A stretch of DNA of 64,000 nt from Paraspadella gotoi. Taxonomy: Eukaryota > Animalia > Chaetognatha. The stretch covers positions 23,869,917 to 23,933,916 of the forward strand of contig CM119268.1 in NCBI GenBank assembly GCA_051294375.1, written 5' to 3'. Positions within the stretch are counted from its first letter, which is position 1. Every line of letters starts with the position of its first letter. Below are positions 29,517 to 43,930 of the stretch, piece by piece. The notes under the pieces were generated by a model, which was given only the letters and a program-made list of their open reading frames with translations, was not told the origin of the DNA and searched no databases. Position numbers and translations under genes: made by a program.

Positions 29517-30452
29517 ATTTGATTTGATTTATTAAGCTCATAATGACAATAAAACTCATTTAAATCACAGGATCGTAAGAGAGTCATACATGAATGTTAT
29601 GTACATACAATTATCTAAGAACAAAGATATCATGTTGGCAAAGAATTTCAAATATAAGAATCCTTTTGTTTTAATGTATACCAATAACTTATCGTTCATT
29701 TTAATTGACTTGAAGAAATGTCTCCAGTCAAGCAAAATATAACAATAAATAAAAATTGAATGAGCTTTGTCAAATATACTACACCTCGGTCTCTAAATGT
29801 CAAAATACGCTTTAACCGTCAGTTGATTTTCTATTTAAAATGCGTCAGGCCCAGGTGCAACGTCAACCACCGGAAATTCTAAAATTACAATATTTTATAG
29901 TCTCAATCTCAACAAGGCGTCATTTTCTTGTCTTGTAAGATGCATTAAATACGACTTTAAAAATATTATCGACTAATTAAATATCAATCTTATATAAATA
30001 ATGACTCACTACAAATGCAAACAAGAAAATAGAATAAATAATCCTTAAAAAGATAATTAAAAAAAAAACAACTCAAATTATCTGATTAAAAAAAATTGTT
30101 CTGTAGACAAAAGAGGAACCACAAATCTTAAGAACAAAAAAATTGTCAAAACAAAAAAAAAGAATTAATGTTTTTTTTTTCCGTCGCCAAAACGTAACAA
30201 AAGATTTATATTCATCGGGGGTCACCTCGGGTAGTTCCTACTGTAAACCGGGCCTCACTGTAGCCCGCCGACAAAAAAGAAAAAAAATAATTACAGTAGG
30301 CGCGGCAGAGTTAAGAGGCACAAAAAAACTCCTCGAATTACAGCGAGAACCGACGAACGCTGTAAATTAGTCTTCGGAGGAAAAATGAATGATGGATGAG
30401 AAAACGGGAAATGTCGATAAGAAAATTTAGGAAAGAGTCGGTGATTTAAAAC

Positions 30453-30502
<50 letters not shown>

Positions 30503-30756
30503 CAAGAAACGGTAATGTATAACCTACATAATTAAGGTCGGAAAGTCATCAATAATGATTTAGTTAAACCGAGTAAATGAGTGAAGGGTTGGGGACTCGA
30601 CGTAGATTTGTGGGGTTTGATGTGTGGGCATTTGTGGTGTGTGGGGTTCGAATCCGGGATCTTTGCGGTTGACTGGAGACGAGGAGAGAGAGAGAGAGTG
30701 AGAGAGGAGACGAGTCGCATTTGACTGGAGCGACAAAGTATCTGAATTAATTAGGG

Positions 30757-31395
30757 CATCCAGATCCAGTTGGCCCTGTTTGCATATCTGATGTCTCTGT
30801 TTGTATCCGAATGTACTTGGCTTTGTTTACATATCTGAAGTATCTGATTGCATCCGAATGCACTTGGCTTTGTTTGCATATCTCATGACTCTGTTTGTAT
30901 CTGGATATGGTTGGCTTGGTTTGCATATCTGATGTCTCCATTTGCATCCAGATCTAGTTTGCCTTGTTTGCATATCTGATGTCTCTGATTGCATCCAGAT
31001 CCAGTTGGCTTATTTTTCTATCTAATGTTTTTGTTTGCATCCGCGTTATCTGGGCTTGTTTGCATACATGGCTACTAAAAGNNNNNNNNNNTTGGCTTTG
31101 TTTGCATATCTGATGTCTCTGATTGCATCTGAATGCACTTGGCTTTGTTTGCATATCTGATGACTCTGTTTTTATCTGGATATGGTTGGCTTGGTTTGCA
31201 TATCTGATGTCTCCATTTGTATCCAGATCTAGATGGTCTTATTTGCATATCTGATGTCTCTGATTGCATCCAGATCCAGTTGGCTTATTTTTCTATCTAA
31301 TGTTTTTGTTTGCATCCGCAATATCTGGGCTTGTTTGCATACATGGCTACTAAAAGATTACACTGACTCTACGTCTGGTTTGGCTTGTTTGCATT
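30757..31395 (+). repeat. Minisatellite with a unit of about 43-44 bp (TTTGCATATCTGATGTCTCTGATTGCATCC..TTGGC) and higher-order repetition
   Basis: About 14 units; a multi-unit block at 30870-31080 is repeated at 31145-31355. Confidence 0.9.
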
Positions 31396-31757
31396 TTTTT
31401 ACTTTTTTGGGCTTTGGTTGCATTTTTTAATTGATTAGTAAGGTTGAATATTTGAAATAAATTAACAAAAAAAAATCTGGTAATCGATTGTGTATGACAT
31501 TCGTTTGNNNNNNNNNNNNNNNNNNNNNNNNNNNNNNNNNNNNNNNNNNNNNNNNNNNNNNNNNNNNNNNNNNNNNNNNNNNNNNNNNNNNNNNNNNNNN
31601 NNNNNNNNNNNNNNNNNNNNNNNNNNNNNNNNNNNNNNNNNNNNNNNNNNNNNNNNNNNNNNNNNNNNNNNNNNNNNNNNNNNNNNNNNNNNNNNNNNNN
31701 NNNNNNNNNNNNNNNNNNNNNNNNNNNNNNNNNNNNNNNNNNNNNNNNNNNNNNNNN

Positions 31758-31795
<38 letters not shown>

Positions 31796-31954
31796 CATCG
31801 GTTTCAATTTTATTTTGTCAGGAAATCATGAATGCATTTTCATGCTCTTCTTTTTCTTCTTCCTTTTTCATCACCTTTTTTCCTTTTTTTTCTTTTTTTC
31901 TTTTCACTCAATCTCCTCCTTTTTTGGTAAACCCTAAACAAAAGAGGACGGCAC

Positions 31955-32221
31955 TATTTTATGAGAGCGTCCAATTTTAATTCCTTAATTTCTTAGCTAA
32001 ATTATAAATTAATAATAAACTAATTACTTAACCTTAAATATAGTTCTCCAACTTAATACCTAAACTTATCCCCTAACCCCTAACCATAATCCTTAACCAA
32101 ATCACAAAGCTAACCCCAAACCATATTCCCTAACCTAGCCTCCATCTTTATACCTATACTTTAATTCTAAAAACCAGTTTAATTTTAAGTTTCATCTGAA
32201 ATTGGTCATTTTTAGAAAATA
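31955..32221. mobile_element. MITE-like element (CCTAA-core family)
   Basis: Inverted ends tattttatgagagcgtccaattt ... aaattggtcatttttagaaaata; core ccctaacccctaacc. Confidence 0.55.
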
Positions 32222-32812
32222 TGGGTGGAAAAAAAGAAAAGAAAAGAAAGAAGTTGTGGAAAGCAGAAAAATCCTTGAGAAGAAAAGAAAGAAAAAAGAA
32301 AAAAAAAGAAAAAAGAAAGAAAAAAAGAAAATCGTTTGAAAATTGGTTGAAAGAGAAGAACGTGATTGGAAATCACGGATTCGACTAAAAAAAAATCAAA
32401 TAAAATTTAAAATCAAATATAAAACAAAACAAAAAAGTTTTTTTTTTTAAGTTTTACTTTTATTTTTCCCTTTAGTTTTATCTCCGGTTTTTTTATATTA
32501 TTCGAGGAAATTGAAAGAAATAAAAATTAAAATATAAAAGAAAAGGAAAAAAATTTTAAAAAAATTCAACGATTTTATTTGAGAAAGAAATAAATTGTTA
32601 GGTTTTAGGGGGATGCTTATTATAAATGAGAGAAACAATCAATAATTTACTTGGAGGCATCAATTTTACTAACCGCTCCTTAAATATATGAACCAGGAAA
32701 ACTGGGCTTGAATCCAAAATGGTTTGGATGCAATTTATTATTTAAATAACCCAGTGAAATAAAAAATAATGAGTAATAACGGCTGACCTTAACCACAAAT
32801 TTGATTTCTGAG

Positions 32813-32854
<42 letters not shown>

Positions 32855-34236
32855 GAGAGAGACATTCGTTATTCCTTCCACGTCTATCAGCATTACTCGC
32901 TTTTCGAAAAAAATTCCTACTTGAGAGATTAAGAGAAAATCGTGTTGGAGTAAAAACGTGGGTTGAGATTTAGGTTGCATTTCGTTGAGGCTCTGCTGCC
33001 TTGAACATAGGCAAAGAAAAAAGTAAGGTAATATAATTATACCTAATAAAAAGTAGGATATGAGATATTAAATAAGACAAGATCGGTCCATCCTATGTGT
33101 TTCGCCGCAGTGACTTTATTTTCGCGTGAATTCCCCTCTGATCACATGACTACATGAAGAGGAAATTTATGTATAACAAACGTTTTATGGTTGATCACTA
33201 CTCTGCAAGGTTTCATTTCAAACAACCAGACATTACACGAAATATGCCGCATTTACTTTGTGATTACGTGACCGCAGTATTGTGTGGTCACGTGACTACA
33301 AAAGTATGAAACATATGTACAAAAAACTTTTAGTATTGTCTAACCAGTCAAGTATGAACTAAAACAAGGTCGGNNNNNNNNNNNNNNNNNNNNNNNNNNN
33401 NNNNNNNNNNNNNNNNNNNNNNNNNNNNNNNNNNNNNNNNNNNNNNNNNNNNNNNNNNNNNNNNNNNNNNNNNNNNNNNNNNNNNNNNNNNNNNNNNNNN
33501 NNNNNNNNNNNNNNNNNNNNNNNNNNNNNNNNNNNNNNNNNNNNNNNNNNNNNNNNNNNNNNNNNNNNNNNNNNNNNNNNNNNNNNNNNNNNNNNNNNNN
33601 NNNNNNNNNNNNNNNNNNNNNNNNNNNNNNNNNNNNNNNNNNNNNNNNNNNNNNNNNNNNNNNNNNNNNNNNNNNNNNNNNNNNNNNNNNNNNNNNNNNN
33701 NNNNNNNNNNNNNNNNNNNNNNNNNNNNNNNNNNNNNNNNNNNNNNNNNNNNNNNNNNNNNNNNNNNNNNNNNNNNNNNNNNNNNNNNNNNNNNNNNNNN
33801 NNNNNNNNNNNNNNNNNNNNNNNNNNNNNNNNNNNNNNNNNNNNNNNNNNNNNNNNNNNNNNNNNNNNNNNNNNNNNNNNNNNNNNNNNNNNNNNNNNNN
33901 NNNNNNNNNNNNNNNNNNNNNNNNNNNNNNNNNNNNNNNNNNNNNNNNNNNNNNNNNNNNNNNNNNNNNNNNNNNNNNNNNNNNNNNNNNNNNNNNNNNN
34001 NNNNNNNNNNNNNNNNNNNNNNNNNNNNNNNNNNNNNNNNNNNNNNNNNNNNNNNNNNNNNNNNNNNNNNNNNNNNNNNNNNNNNNNNNNNNNNNNNNNN
34101 NNNNNNNNNNNNNNNNNNNNNNNNNNNNNNNNNNNNNNNNNNNNNNNNNNNNNNNNNNNNNNNNNNNNNNNNNNNNNNNNNNNNNNNNNNNNNNNNNNNN
34201 NNNNNNNNNNNNNNNNNNNNNNNNNNNNNNNNNNNN

Positions 34237-34272
<36 letters not shown>

Positions 34273-35057
34273 GGAAGACGACACCAAAGAGAATTAGCGC
34301 AAATGAGCAGAACCTTTGTTGTCGTTGTTGTTGTTTTGATTTTGTTTTTATTGTTTTATTTGTTTTTATCCCCAATTTCGGTCGCAGGTGGAACTTTTTT
34401 TGATCTCAGATCACGTGATCAGTCCTATTCTCTTTTCATTGTGGTGACTCTGGGTGGTCAGTGACCACTGGTCCCTCCAAAGGTGGAACAGATGGAAGTC
34501 ATTCTGGTCACCAATCGATTCACCAAACGAATCATTTTTTTCTTTAATTTTCTTTTATTTCCAACTCAANNNNNNNNNNNNNNNNNNNNNNNNNTGAAAG
34601 CGACCTGCCTATGTCATTATCTTGTAGGAGTGACTGGAGGCCTTAGACCACCAAAGCCCTTGAAGATAAGCTTATTTATTAAATGAATTGATAATTTATA
34701 TTGTTTAACCAATTTCTTGAGTTGGAAAATAAAAGAAAATTTTAAAGAAAAAACATGATTTCGTTTGCGTGAATCGATTTGGTGACCAGACATGGACTTC
34801 CATCTGTCCACCTTTGGACGGGACCGGTGGTCACTGACCACCCAGAGTCACCGACAATGAAAAGAGAATAGGGACTGATCACGTGATCTGAGGTTCCAAA
34901 AAAAGTTTCCACCTTGGCGGACCGAAATTTGGCGGAGATAAAAACAATAAAACAATTAAAAACAAAATCAAAACAACAACAACGGACAACAAAGGATCTG
35001 GGCTCATTTGCGCTGAATTTCTCTTTGGTCTGTCGTCTTCGGGTTTCTCTCTCTCTC

Positions 35058-35090
<33 letters not shown>

Positions 35091-35522
35091 GGTCCTTTCA
35101 AACTTTCTCCTTTATTAACCTGGATTTCCTATCAATGAAGTGATATAATATTTTAAAGATTGTTTTAATTGTATGAAAAGACCACTCGGTTAAATATTAG
35201 AGTAGGGAATACTATAAAACTAAATAACTAATAATATTTTAAAACGAATTTCGTGAAATACTAAATTAATTCACACTCTTCAGACTTTTTCTATTGCAGA
35301 TGGAAGCGATGAATTTCTCTCTCAATGTCGGGCGATTGATTTTAGAACATCTGGTGGCAAAATGGTCTTTATACGATTTATAACGTGCATGGTCAAGTTT
35401 GGGCGAGAATGGTCCGCCCGCATGTGAAATGGTGCCCAAGAAATGTCCTTGTTTAATTGCTTCGAGTGGTCACGGTTCCAGCTGTAACATGGCCGCCTTT
35501 AAGAGTCGATCAGAATTCAGCT

Positions 35523-35844
35523 TACTTTCAAATAGAGCAATTTTCAGTTTAAATTAATATAGGAAAAGTTTTTTTTGTTTTAATTATTAATTAAGTTAGT
35601 TTTTTAGGTTTAATGATAAAGTTAGCGGTAGGAATAATGGCTTAGGGAATTGGGTTAGGGAATTTGGTTAGAGATTAGGTTAGGGGATTAAGGTTTGGGA
35701 TTGAGTTAAGAATATATTAAAAGTTATATTATAAATTATATAAACTATATTACATTATTATATTATTTTATTTTATAAAATTATATAAATCATATTATAA
35801 ATTATACATAGGAAGAAACAGAAATGGAACGTTTTCGCAAAATA
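35523..35844. mobile_element. MITE-like element (CCTAA-core family, opposite orientation)
   Basis: tactttcaaatagagcaattttcagttt ... aaacagaaatggaacgttttcgcaaaata; core of ttaggg/ttaggt repeats. Confidence 0.5.
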
Positions 35845-36871
35845 TGTCTCCCAACTCTTTTTCTGTAGACAAAAATAAGTTTTTCTTGAGACGAAAAAAA
35901 AATTATTTATTTGTTTTAATCTGAAAAATAAAAAAAAAAATAAAAAAAAATGTTTTTGTCTTTGACTTTTTTCTCTCAAATTTCGTTCAACTTTTTTCAT
36001 CTCAACTAAAAAAAAAGAAAAAAATAATCTTAATTTTTTTAAAACAAAGAAACTGATTAATCTTATCGCTAAACTAAAAAAAAAGATTTATCAACAGCTG
36101 CACCTCTGTCTAGAAAGAATTCTTTTTTTATTTTATAACATTTCAATTTAAACTAAATCATTACCATTAGAGGGTTTTATTTTCAGAAACAGAAAATAAC
36201 GTTTAATTCAATGTGTAGAATGATAGTTATTGGAAATGAAAATTATATTACTAATTAAAAATTCTTCCCTTTTATCGTAAAATGTATAACAGTTTCACAC
36301 TACATTACGTTTCAAAGTAAAAAATGTTTGGCTGTTTGCCGTTTTTATTTTTCCATTAATACAAAATTGTAAAATAATATTATTTCGTAATTGAAATTAA
36401 TAATTATGCTACCTCTGTATTAGTTTAAACGTTTTCCCTTCTTATTGTAAAATGTAAAACTGTTTACGTTACATTCAAAATTGAAAAAAAGGTTAGCCGT
36501 TTCTCTTTCCAATTAATACATAAATTGCGTGCGACGTTTCAACTAAAATTTGGTTTGATTTATATCTCCTTCCATCTTAAAGATAAATGTTCCCCCGACT
36601 TTAATTTAAGAGATTTTTTCCTTCCAATCGGCGAAAAAACAATTATCAATTTTATTTCTTCCCATAATTTTATGCCTTTTTTTAAAAAGTATATTTCGTG
36701 AGGAAGTTTCAGAATGTGTAAGGTATAATTTAATTTTTATTATCTCTTATTCTTTGTTGCCTTTTAACATATCTGATATCGTTTAATATTTAATATTCAA
36801 TTAAAGAATTTACCGCTAAGTTAAATTCAATATTTCAATGTCTCTGACTCTAATAACTTTTAAATTTCATT

Positions 36872-37017
36872 ATTTAATATCTCATATTCTTAGTTGCCCT
36901 TTAATATCTCATATTCTTAGTTACCCTATAATATCTTATATTCTTAGTTGCCTTTTAATATCTCATATTCTTATTTGCCTTTTAATATCTCATATTCTTA
37001 GTTGCCTTTTAATATCT
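36872..37017 (+). repeat. 27-bp tandem repeat (TTTAATATCTCATATTCTTAGTTGCCT), 5 copies
   Basis: Directly visible tandem units. Confidence 0.9.
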
Positions 37018-37348
37018 TTCAACGCGTCGAGACCCAAAATTCTTTCTTTTTTTATCTCAATAATAAATCAGGCCGCATTTACTGATTTTCCTTTGATCTT
37101 CTATTTATTTATCATTTTTATATTTTTCTGATTCAATCATTTTTCATGACCATTTTTTTTCCTTCCATTTAAAATCAGTTAAAAATCTCTACTAGGTGTC
37201 TTTGTAATAATAACAGTAAAGCACGTCACTCGAATGAATGCTCTTTTATGGCAACTATTTGAAGATGGCATGAGTTACCATTAAGTGCCATAAGAGACAC
37301 CTCGACTAAAAGTTTTCGTCGGGAACTTATGATCCAGGATGGACATGG

Positions 37349-37390
<42 letters not shown>

Positions 37391-39567
37391 CCATCTTCTT
37401 CTCTCTCTCTATCTCTCTGTCTCCCTCCCTCCCTCTCAGCTTATTGCACTTTTTGTCTCGTGTTCCCTCTCCCCCAGGACGATGTTGAGACCAAAAGTAA
37501 AGCCATAACATTTGGTACTTAGTAAAAGCGAAAAACGCCAGCTAAGGAAAATGAGATAGGAAAAGAGACAAGAAGCAGAGAGAGAAAGANNNNNNNNNNN
37601 NNNNNNNNNNNNNNNNNNNNNNNNNNNNNGAAAGAAAGAAAGAGAGAAAGAATAGGAGAGAGGAAGAAAGAGAGAGAAAGGGAGAGGAAGAGAGAGGGAG
37701 AGGGAGAGATAGAGAAATAAAGAGAGAGCGTTTTAGATAGAGAAATAGAGAGAGAGCGTTTTAGAGGGTCGACGAAAATCAGAAACTAAGTTGATTCGAA
37801 TCCCAAAGAGAAACGTGACTCAAAAGAGAGAGGGAGAATGATTTTTGCTCCCCCATCTCTCTCTATCCCCCACTTTCTCTTTCTCTCTCTCTCTCTCTCT
37901 CTNNNNNNNNNNNNNNNNNNNNNNNNNNNNNNNNNNNNNNNNNNNNNNNNNNNNNNNNNNNNNNNNNNNNNNNNNNNNNNNNNNNNNNNNNNNNNNNNNN
38001 NNNNNNNNNNNNNNNNNNNNNNNNNNNNNNNNNNNNNNNNNNNNNNNNNNNNNNNNNNNNNNNNNNNNNNNNNNNNNNNNNNNNNNNNNNNNNNNNNNNN
38101 NNNNNNNNNNNNNNTTCTTTTTTCTTTTTTATTTATTTCTTGCTTTATTTCTTTATATCTTTCTTTCTTTCTCTTTTTATATCTTTTTGTCTTTATTTAT
38201 TTCTTTCTTTCTTTCTCTCTTTCTTTTTTTTTTCTTTCCATTTCCAGCCAACTGTCATGCTTTATCCTGATCGGCACCGATGCATTTGTTATAATCTCCT
38301 GAATGTCGTTTAACGGATACTCAACCAAATTTAACTTGTAACCAAAAATCAATTGATTTTCTGTTAATCGTTTTTATTCTAATTTTAAAACTGTTCGAAT
38401 TAAACGAGAAATCTACTTTTTTCGGTTTCTTGAAAAATCTCAATTTAAGTCGTTTAAAGTCGGCGAAGTCATGCACTCGCTCTCTATCTCACTCTCTCTT
38501 TTTTTACTCTCTTTGTCTTTATCTTTGTTTGTACTTTTCTCTTTTAATGGTTAAGTCAAAAAAAGGTGAAAAAAATCTAAATCTTAGCTAATCACAATTA
38601 TAAGTTTGTATTTAATTTTTTTTCATTTTAAATATAATAATTTATCTAATTTATTAATTAATTTATTTATCTAATTTATTTAATTTGTTATTAAAGTTGG
38701 AGCGGACCTTTTCTTCTCTTACTTAACATCTCTTACCTCTTTTCTTTTCTTTTCTTTTCTTTTCTTTTCTTTTCCCTCTCCGTCCTATCTTCTCTGTCTC
38801 TACCCAACTCTCGTATTCTCTTTCTTCTCTTCTCTCTTTCTCCACTTTTTCTCTCTCTCTATCTCTTTCCCCACTCACTCTCTATCTCTTCTCGTCTCTC
38901 TCTCTCTATCTCTTTCCCCACTCACTCTCNNNNNNNNNNNNNNNNNNNNNNNNNNNNNNNNNNNNNNNNNNNNNNNNNNNNNNNNNNNNNNNNNNNNNNN
39001 NNNNNNNNNNNNNNNNNNNNNNNNNNNNNNNNNNNNNNNNNNNNNNNNNNNNNNNNNNNNNNNNNNNNNNNNNNNNNNNNNNNNNNNNNNNNNNNNNNNN
39101 NNNNNNNNNNNNNNNNNNNNNNNNNNNNNNNNNNNNNNNNNNNNNNNNNNNNNNNNNNNNNNNNNNNNNNNNNNNNNNNNNNNNNNNNNNNNNNNNNNNN
39201 NNNNNNNNNNNNNNNNNNNNNNNNNNNNNNNNNNNNNNNNNNNNNNNNNNNNNNNNNNNNNNNNNNNNNNNNNNNNNNNNNNNNNNNNNNNNNNNNNNNN
39301 NNNNNNNNNNNNNNNNNNNNNNNNNCCTTGGTTTTCTTTTTCTCAGTATCTCTCTCTCTCTTCCTCTCTCTCTCTCTCTGAGTCGTTCTCTTCTCTCTCC
39401 TCTCTCCCCTCTCTCCTCTCTCTTCTCCTCTGCCTCATGTTCATAGTTTTGGAGGCGAATTAAAAAACTCGCTGATGGCTTAAATCTTGTCGACGAAGCT
39501 AATTAGAGTCTGACTGCGAAAAATGGGGGAGAGGGAGAAGATAAGAGTAAATGAAAAAAAAAACCAG

Positions 39568-39617
<50 letters not shown>

Positions 39618-39836
39618 AGAAGTCATTTTCGGCGTCGCGGATTGACTACTCACATTTGGTTCCGAAAGCAGATGCGACCACACGAAGGGGAAGGGAGACA
39701 GAGAACGAGAGAGATAGAGAGTGAGATGGAAGAGAGAGAGAGAGGTTTTGGTCAGAATCTAAAAAAGTCGGGCGAAGAATTTGTCTCAGACTCAAATCGA
39801 TAAAATTAAAAATTGGACAAAATTTGGAAATATTAT

Positions 39837-39998
39837 TTTAGACATGAAACGAAAAATTCGTTGGAACAGCAATTTTAGTTTTAGTGGTACGAGTCTTCAG
39901 TCTTCAGTCTTCAGTCTTCAGTCTTCAGCAAGCTTGCTGATGAAGACTAATAAAAACTAAAATTGCTGTTCCAACGAATTTTTCGTTTCATGTCTAAA
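39837..39998. repeat. Foldback element: perfect 46-bp inverted repeat enclosing (AGTCTTC)5 and the palindrome TCAGCAAGCTTGCTGA
   Basis: tttagacatgaaacgaaaaattcgttggaacagcaattttagtttt (39837-39882) is the exact reverse complement of 39953-39998. Confidence 0.9.
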
Positions 39999-41032
39999 CT
40001 ATTTCAAACAGCAAAAGAGAAAGTCCAAATACAATGGAAATACTATTAAATATACTTGAGTCTTTATTCAAAATGTATTATTAGCAATCAATATTTTTAT
40101 TGATAATAATAAAATAATTTGATTGGTACATTCAATTTTAATTTTTTTAATTAATTAATATCAAATATGAATTTATATTACAAAAACTAAACAATGCTTA
40201 ATTATTTAAGGATCAGCTCGATTATTACCTGAAGGATATTATTAAAAGTATAATATTTTTAACTTTTTAAATTATTTTTTAAATCAATCTTATGCTACTA
40301 CCACAATCGCCTTTGTGAAACTTTCACAACTGAAGCGATCAAACAAAACAAAATGTTCACAAATAAACAGATGGTCCACACTCAGAACTTTTTTCCGCTC
40401 AGTTTTCTGTGTTGAGCTTCAAATCAACTGAACCAGGAATTTGTTTTGGTCCGCGATTCGACTTTCCCCTTGACTCATTGAGTGGGATTTCATTGGGAGC
40501 TTGTTTGGGTGGGTCTTTGCTTGCTTAGGGTGGGTTCAATGCCATTTTAGGGGGTGCTTGTCTGGATGGGTCTTTGCTTGCTTAGGGTCAGCTCAATGTC
40601 GTTTTATTGGACATTTGTCGGTGATCTCATCATGTTGTTCTTTAGGTGAATTTGTGTTTTTTTTTATGAGATCGACCGATAATTGAATATTAAAACAATT
40701 AGGAAGCATGGCATGACATGACATGGCATGACGTCAACCATATCAGCATTTTTAACGTTTAGTGAATATGAAATGTTTATTTTATTACAAAAGAATGATT
40801 AGACTATAATTGAGAGCCTGAGACACTGAAGCAGATACAGAAAACAGAGATATGGAGAGAGAGATTGAAAGGCGAGAGAGAAGAGATAGAGAGATAGAGA
40901 GAGAGACAAAGGAAGAGAGAAAGAGGGAGAGAGAGAGAAAACAGAGAGAAGTGAAAGAGAGAACAAAAATACAGAAAAACAGAGAAATAGAGAAAGAGAA
41001 AGAGATGAAGAGAGGAAAGAGGAAACTATAAG

Positions 41033-41091
<59 letters not shown>

Positions 41092-42540
41092 AGAGAAGAG
41101 AGAGAGAGAGAGAAGAGAGAGAGAGCAGAGAGAAGAAAGAGCGAAAAGAAGAGAGAAGATCAGAGTGAGACAGAAATACAGAAAAACAGAGAGATAGAGA
41201 GAGAGATGAAGAGAGAGAAAGAGAGAAGGAGAGAGAGGGAGAGATATTATGCAATAAATAAATGTCTGTGTCGTATTCGGCCTTGGTTCTCTCGAGGTCG
41301 CTCCTCGCAATTTTGCCTTTGCACAAATTTCGTGCTATCCTCTACATCATTTCCATCAATCTTCTCCATCATTACTGTCAATTCACTTCATCATTTCCAT
41401 CAATTTTCCCTTCATTTTCATTAATCCTCTTCAACATTACCAGAAATCCTCTGCTTTGGAAGCTCGTTATTAAGTCACCGCACTGCATCATTTTCATTAA
41501 TTATTTTCATCATTTCCATTAAACCTTTACATCATTTACACTAATCCTCTTCATTATTTCCATCAGTTCTCCCTTATTATTTAATTCTTTCACCATTTCG
41601 TTCTATCCTCCCGATCATTTACGTCAAATCTCCTAATCATTTCCGTCATTTCACTTCATCATTTCCATTAATCCTCTTCATTATTTCCATCAGTTCTCCC
41701 TTATTCACTTCATCATTAATCCCCTCCAAAATTTACGTCAATCCTTTCTATCATTTACACCAATCCTTTCACACTTTTTTGTCAGTCCTCTCCATCATTT
41801 CCATCAACTCTATTTATCATTTCCACCAATTTCATCTATAATTTTCATTATTTCCGTAAATTCTTTCCAAATTTATCATTCCTATCATTTTAGTCATTTT
41901 TTTTATCATTTCTCTTCATTCTCTTTATTATTTCAGTCAATTATCACCACTTCACCATTTTCTCAGTTCTTACTATAGTTTTCTCCTTTTTTTATTTTAT
42001 GATATATAATTTATATTTGTTGTACCAATTTCATATGTATATATTATTTCTATAAATTTAATTTCCTTCTTTATTTCATTTCTTTTTCCTCAAACCTTTT
42101 AACTCATTTTTTCTTCATTTTTTGCTGCTTTTCTCTTTATTCTACTGACAACTCGATTTTTGGGGGGCAGAATGAGGAGGGGAAGAAAGAGGGAGAGAGA
42201 GGGAGAGGAGAGAGGAAGAGGAGAGTGGAGAGAGGGAAAAGAGAAAGGAAGAGGTGAAGGGAAAAATGACGACGGAAGGAGCTCCTCCTCCTCCTCCTCC
42301 TCCTCCTCCTCCTCCTCTTCCTCTCTCCGTGGGAGGTGAGGTCGAGAGGAAACGAAGCGAGAGGCAGTGAAGATTTTTGTTGTTGTTGTTGTTGTAAGAG
42401 AAAGAATGATAGAGAGCGAGTTCCGGGTCGAGGGGTGAGGGGGAAGATGTGGTTACGGATAGAGTGGGTGAGGGGAGACGGACGAGGTGGGCGAGTGGAT
42501 TTGACTTGTGTGGTCAAAAGTCATCAACTTGTCTGAGATA

Positions 42541-42601
<61 letters not shown>

Positions 42602-42922
42602 TCTCTACTCATCATCTCTCTCTCTCAATACATCTCAACATCTGCGTTTTTCAGTTTTATTCTTTTTTTTTTTTCAAAGAAAGAAAATGTTTGACGATAG
42701 AAAATCACTCAAGAGAAAAAGAAATTCTAATAAATATTATCTATTTAATAAATAAATTAGCTATATTGCCTCGTGAATTAGTTTATTAGCTATCATTTTT
42801 AATTATTTATGACTAATAGTTTCGTGGATAAAAATAAAATCGATTGACGATTAAGTTGTCGTCTTAACGAGTCGTTGTCGTCTTCTTCTTCATCTTCTTC
42901 GTCATCATCGTCGTCATCGTTG

Positions 42923-42954
<32 letters not shown>

Positions 42955-43899
42955 TTCATCGTCCGATAATCGTCGGATTGTACGGTCATCAAAATCCGTC
43001 CGTCCGTCCAAAACATCTTCCTATAGCCTTTTTAATTGTTTGATCGTACGGGCTTCCGGCCATCCGTCTCGTCAGGTTGTCCGGTCGTCCGTCCGTCTGT
43101 CCGGTTGTCCATCCGTCCATCGACATAGGGGAGAGAGACAAAGGGGAGAAAGCGTGACGCAGTTTTACATTTTTAATTTAATTTTGTTTAATAAACATGA
43201 AGAGAATAGAGAAATAGAATAGAGAAATTTAAAACATTTGAGGGGAAAAACATTAACTCAAAAGTTGACGTGTTACTACATGACTGAAGGCTGTTTGTGG
43301 GAGTTCCCCTTCAAAGCAAGCGTTTATCAATCCATTGACTGTTGTGGCTGAGGTCTTTGGGCCTCCCGTTGGGCGAAAGACTCTTCTTAGGCTCAACGGA
43401 TATTGTACCACTTGTGTTTTGGTCTCTGGTCAATCATCTCCTACGGATTCAAGTAGATTCGAGTCGGGAATATAATTTTGGTCGTGATTCATTCTTCCGC
43501 TGTTTTGGCTTTTTGTGTTTTTGCTGGACCATGTACATTTTACAATGAGTGGTCACTACAGTTTGACTAGAAAGATAGTTTTCGGATGTGGATGTAGCGG
43601 TAAATACTTTAGCGTATTAGCCTTTCTGTCTTGAATATTTTCTTATTCATATTTAAGGTATAAAACGTATTTCATTTCGTTATTTTTAAATAATAATTTT
43701 AAAACTAAAATTAATTTTTTTTTCGGGGAGAATATTCAATATGAGATAGAAAGAGAAGAAAGAAAAATAGAAAGATTAAGCAGAAGGAAATGAGTGGGAG
43801 ATAGGAATGTACTGTGTGAGAGGTAGAATCTTGATACAGAGAGAGAGGGAGAGAGAGAGAGAGATAGGGAGAGAGAGAGAGAGGGAGACTCGGAAGGAA

Positions 43900-43930
<31 letters not shown>

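Noticed and set aside
30757-31395. Regularly spaced repeats that might be taken for a CRISPR array (also 24568-24712 and 60772-60985)
   Set aside because: No unique spacers, no cas genes and a eukaryotic context; these are minisatellites.
42799-43222. Poly-Asp / poly-Ser ORFs
   Set aside because: (TCG/TCA)n trinucleotide tract with no splice or domain support.
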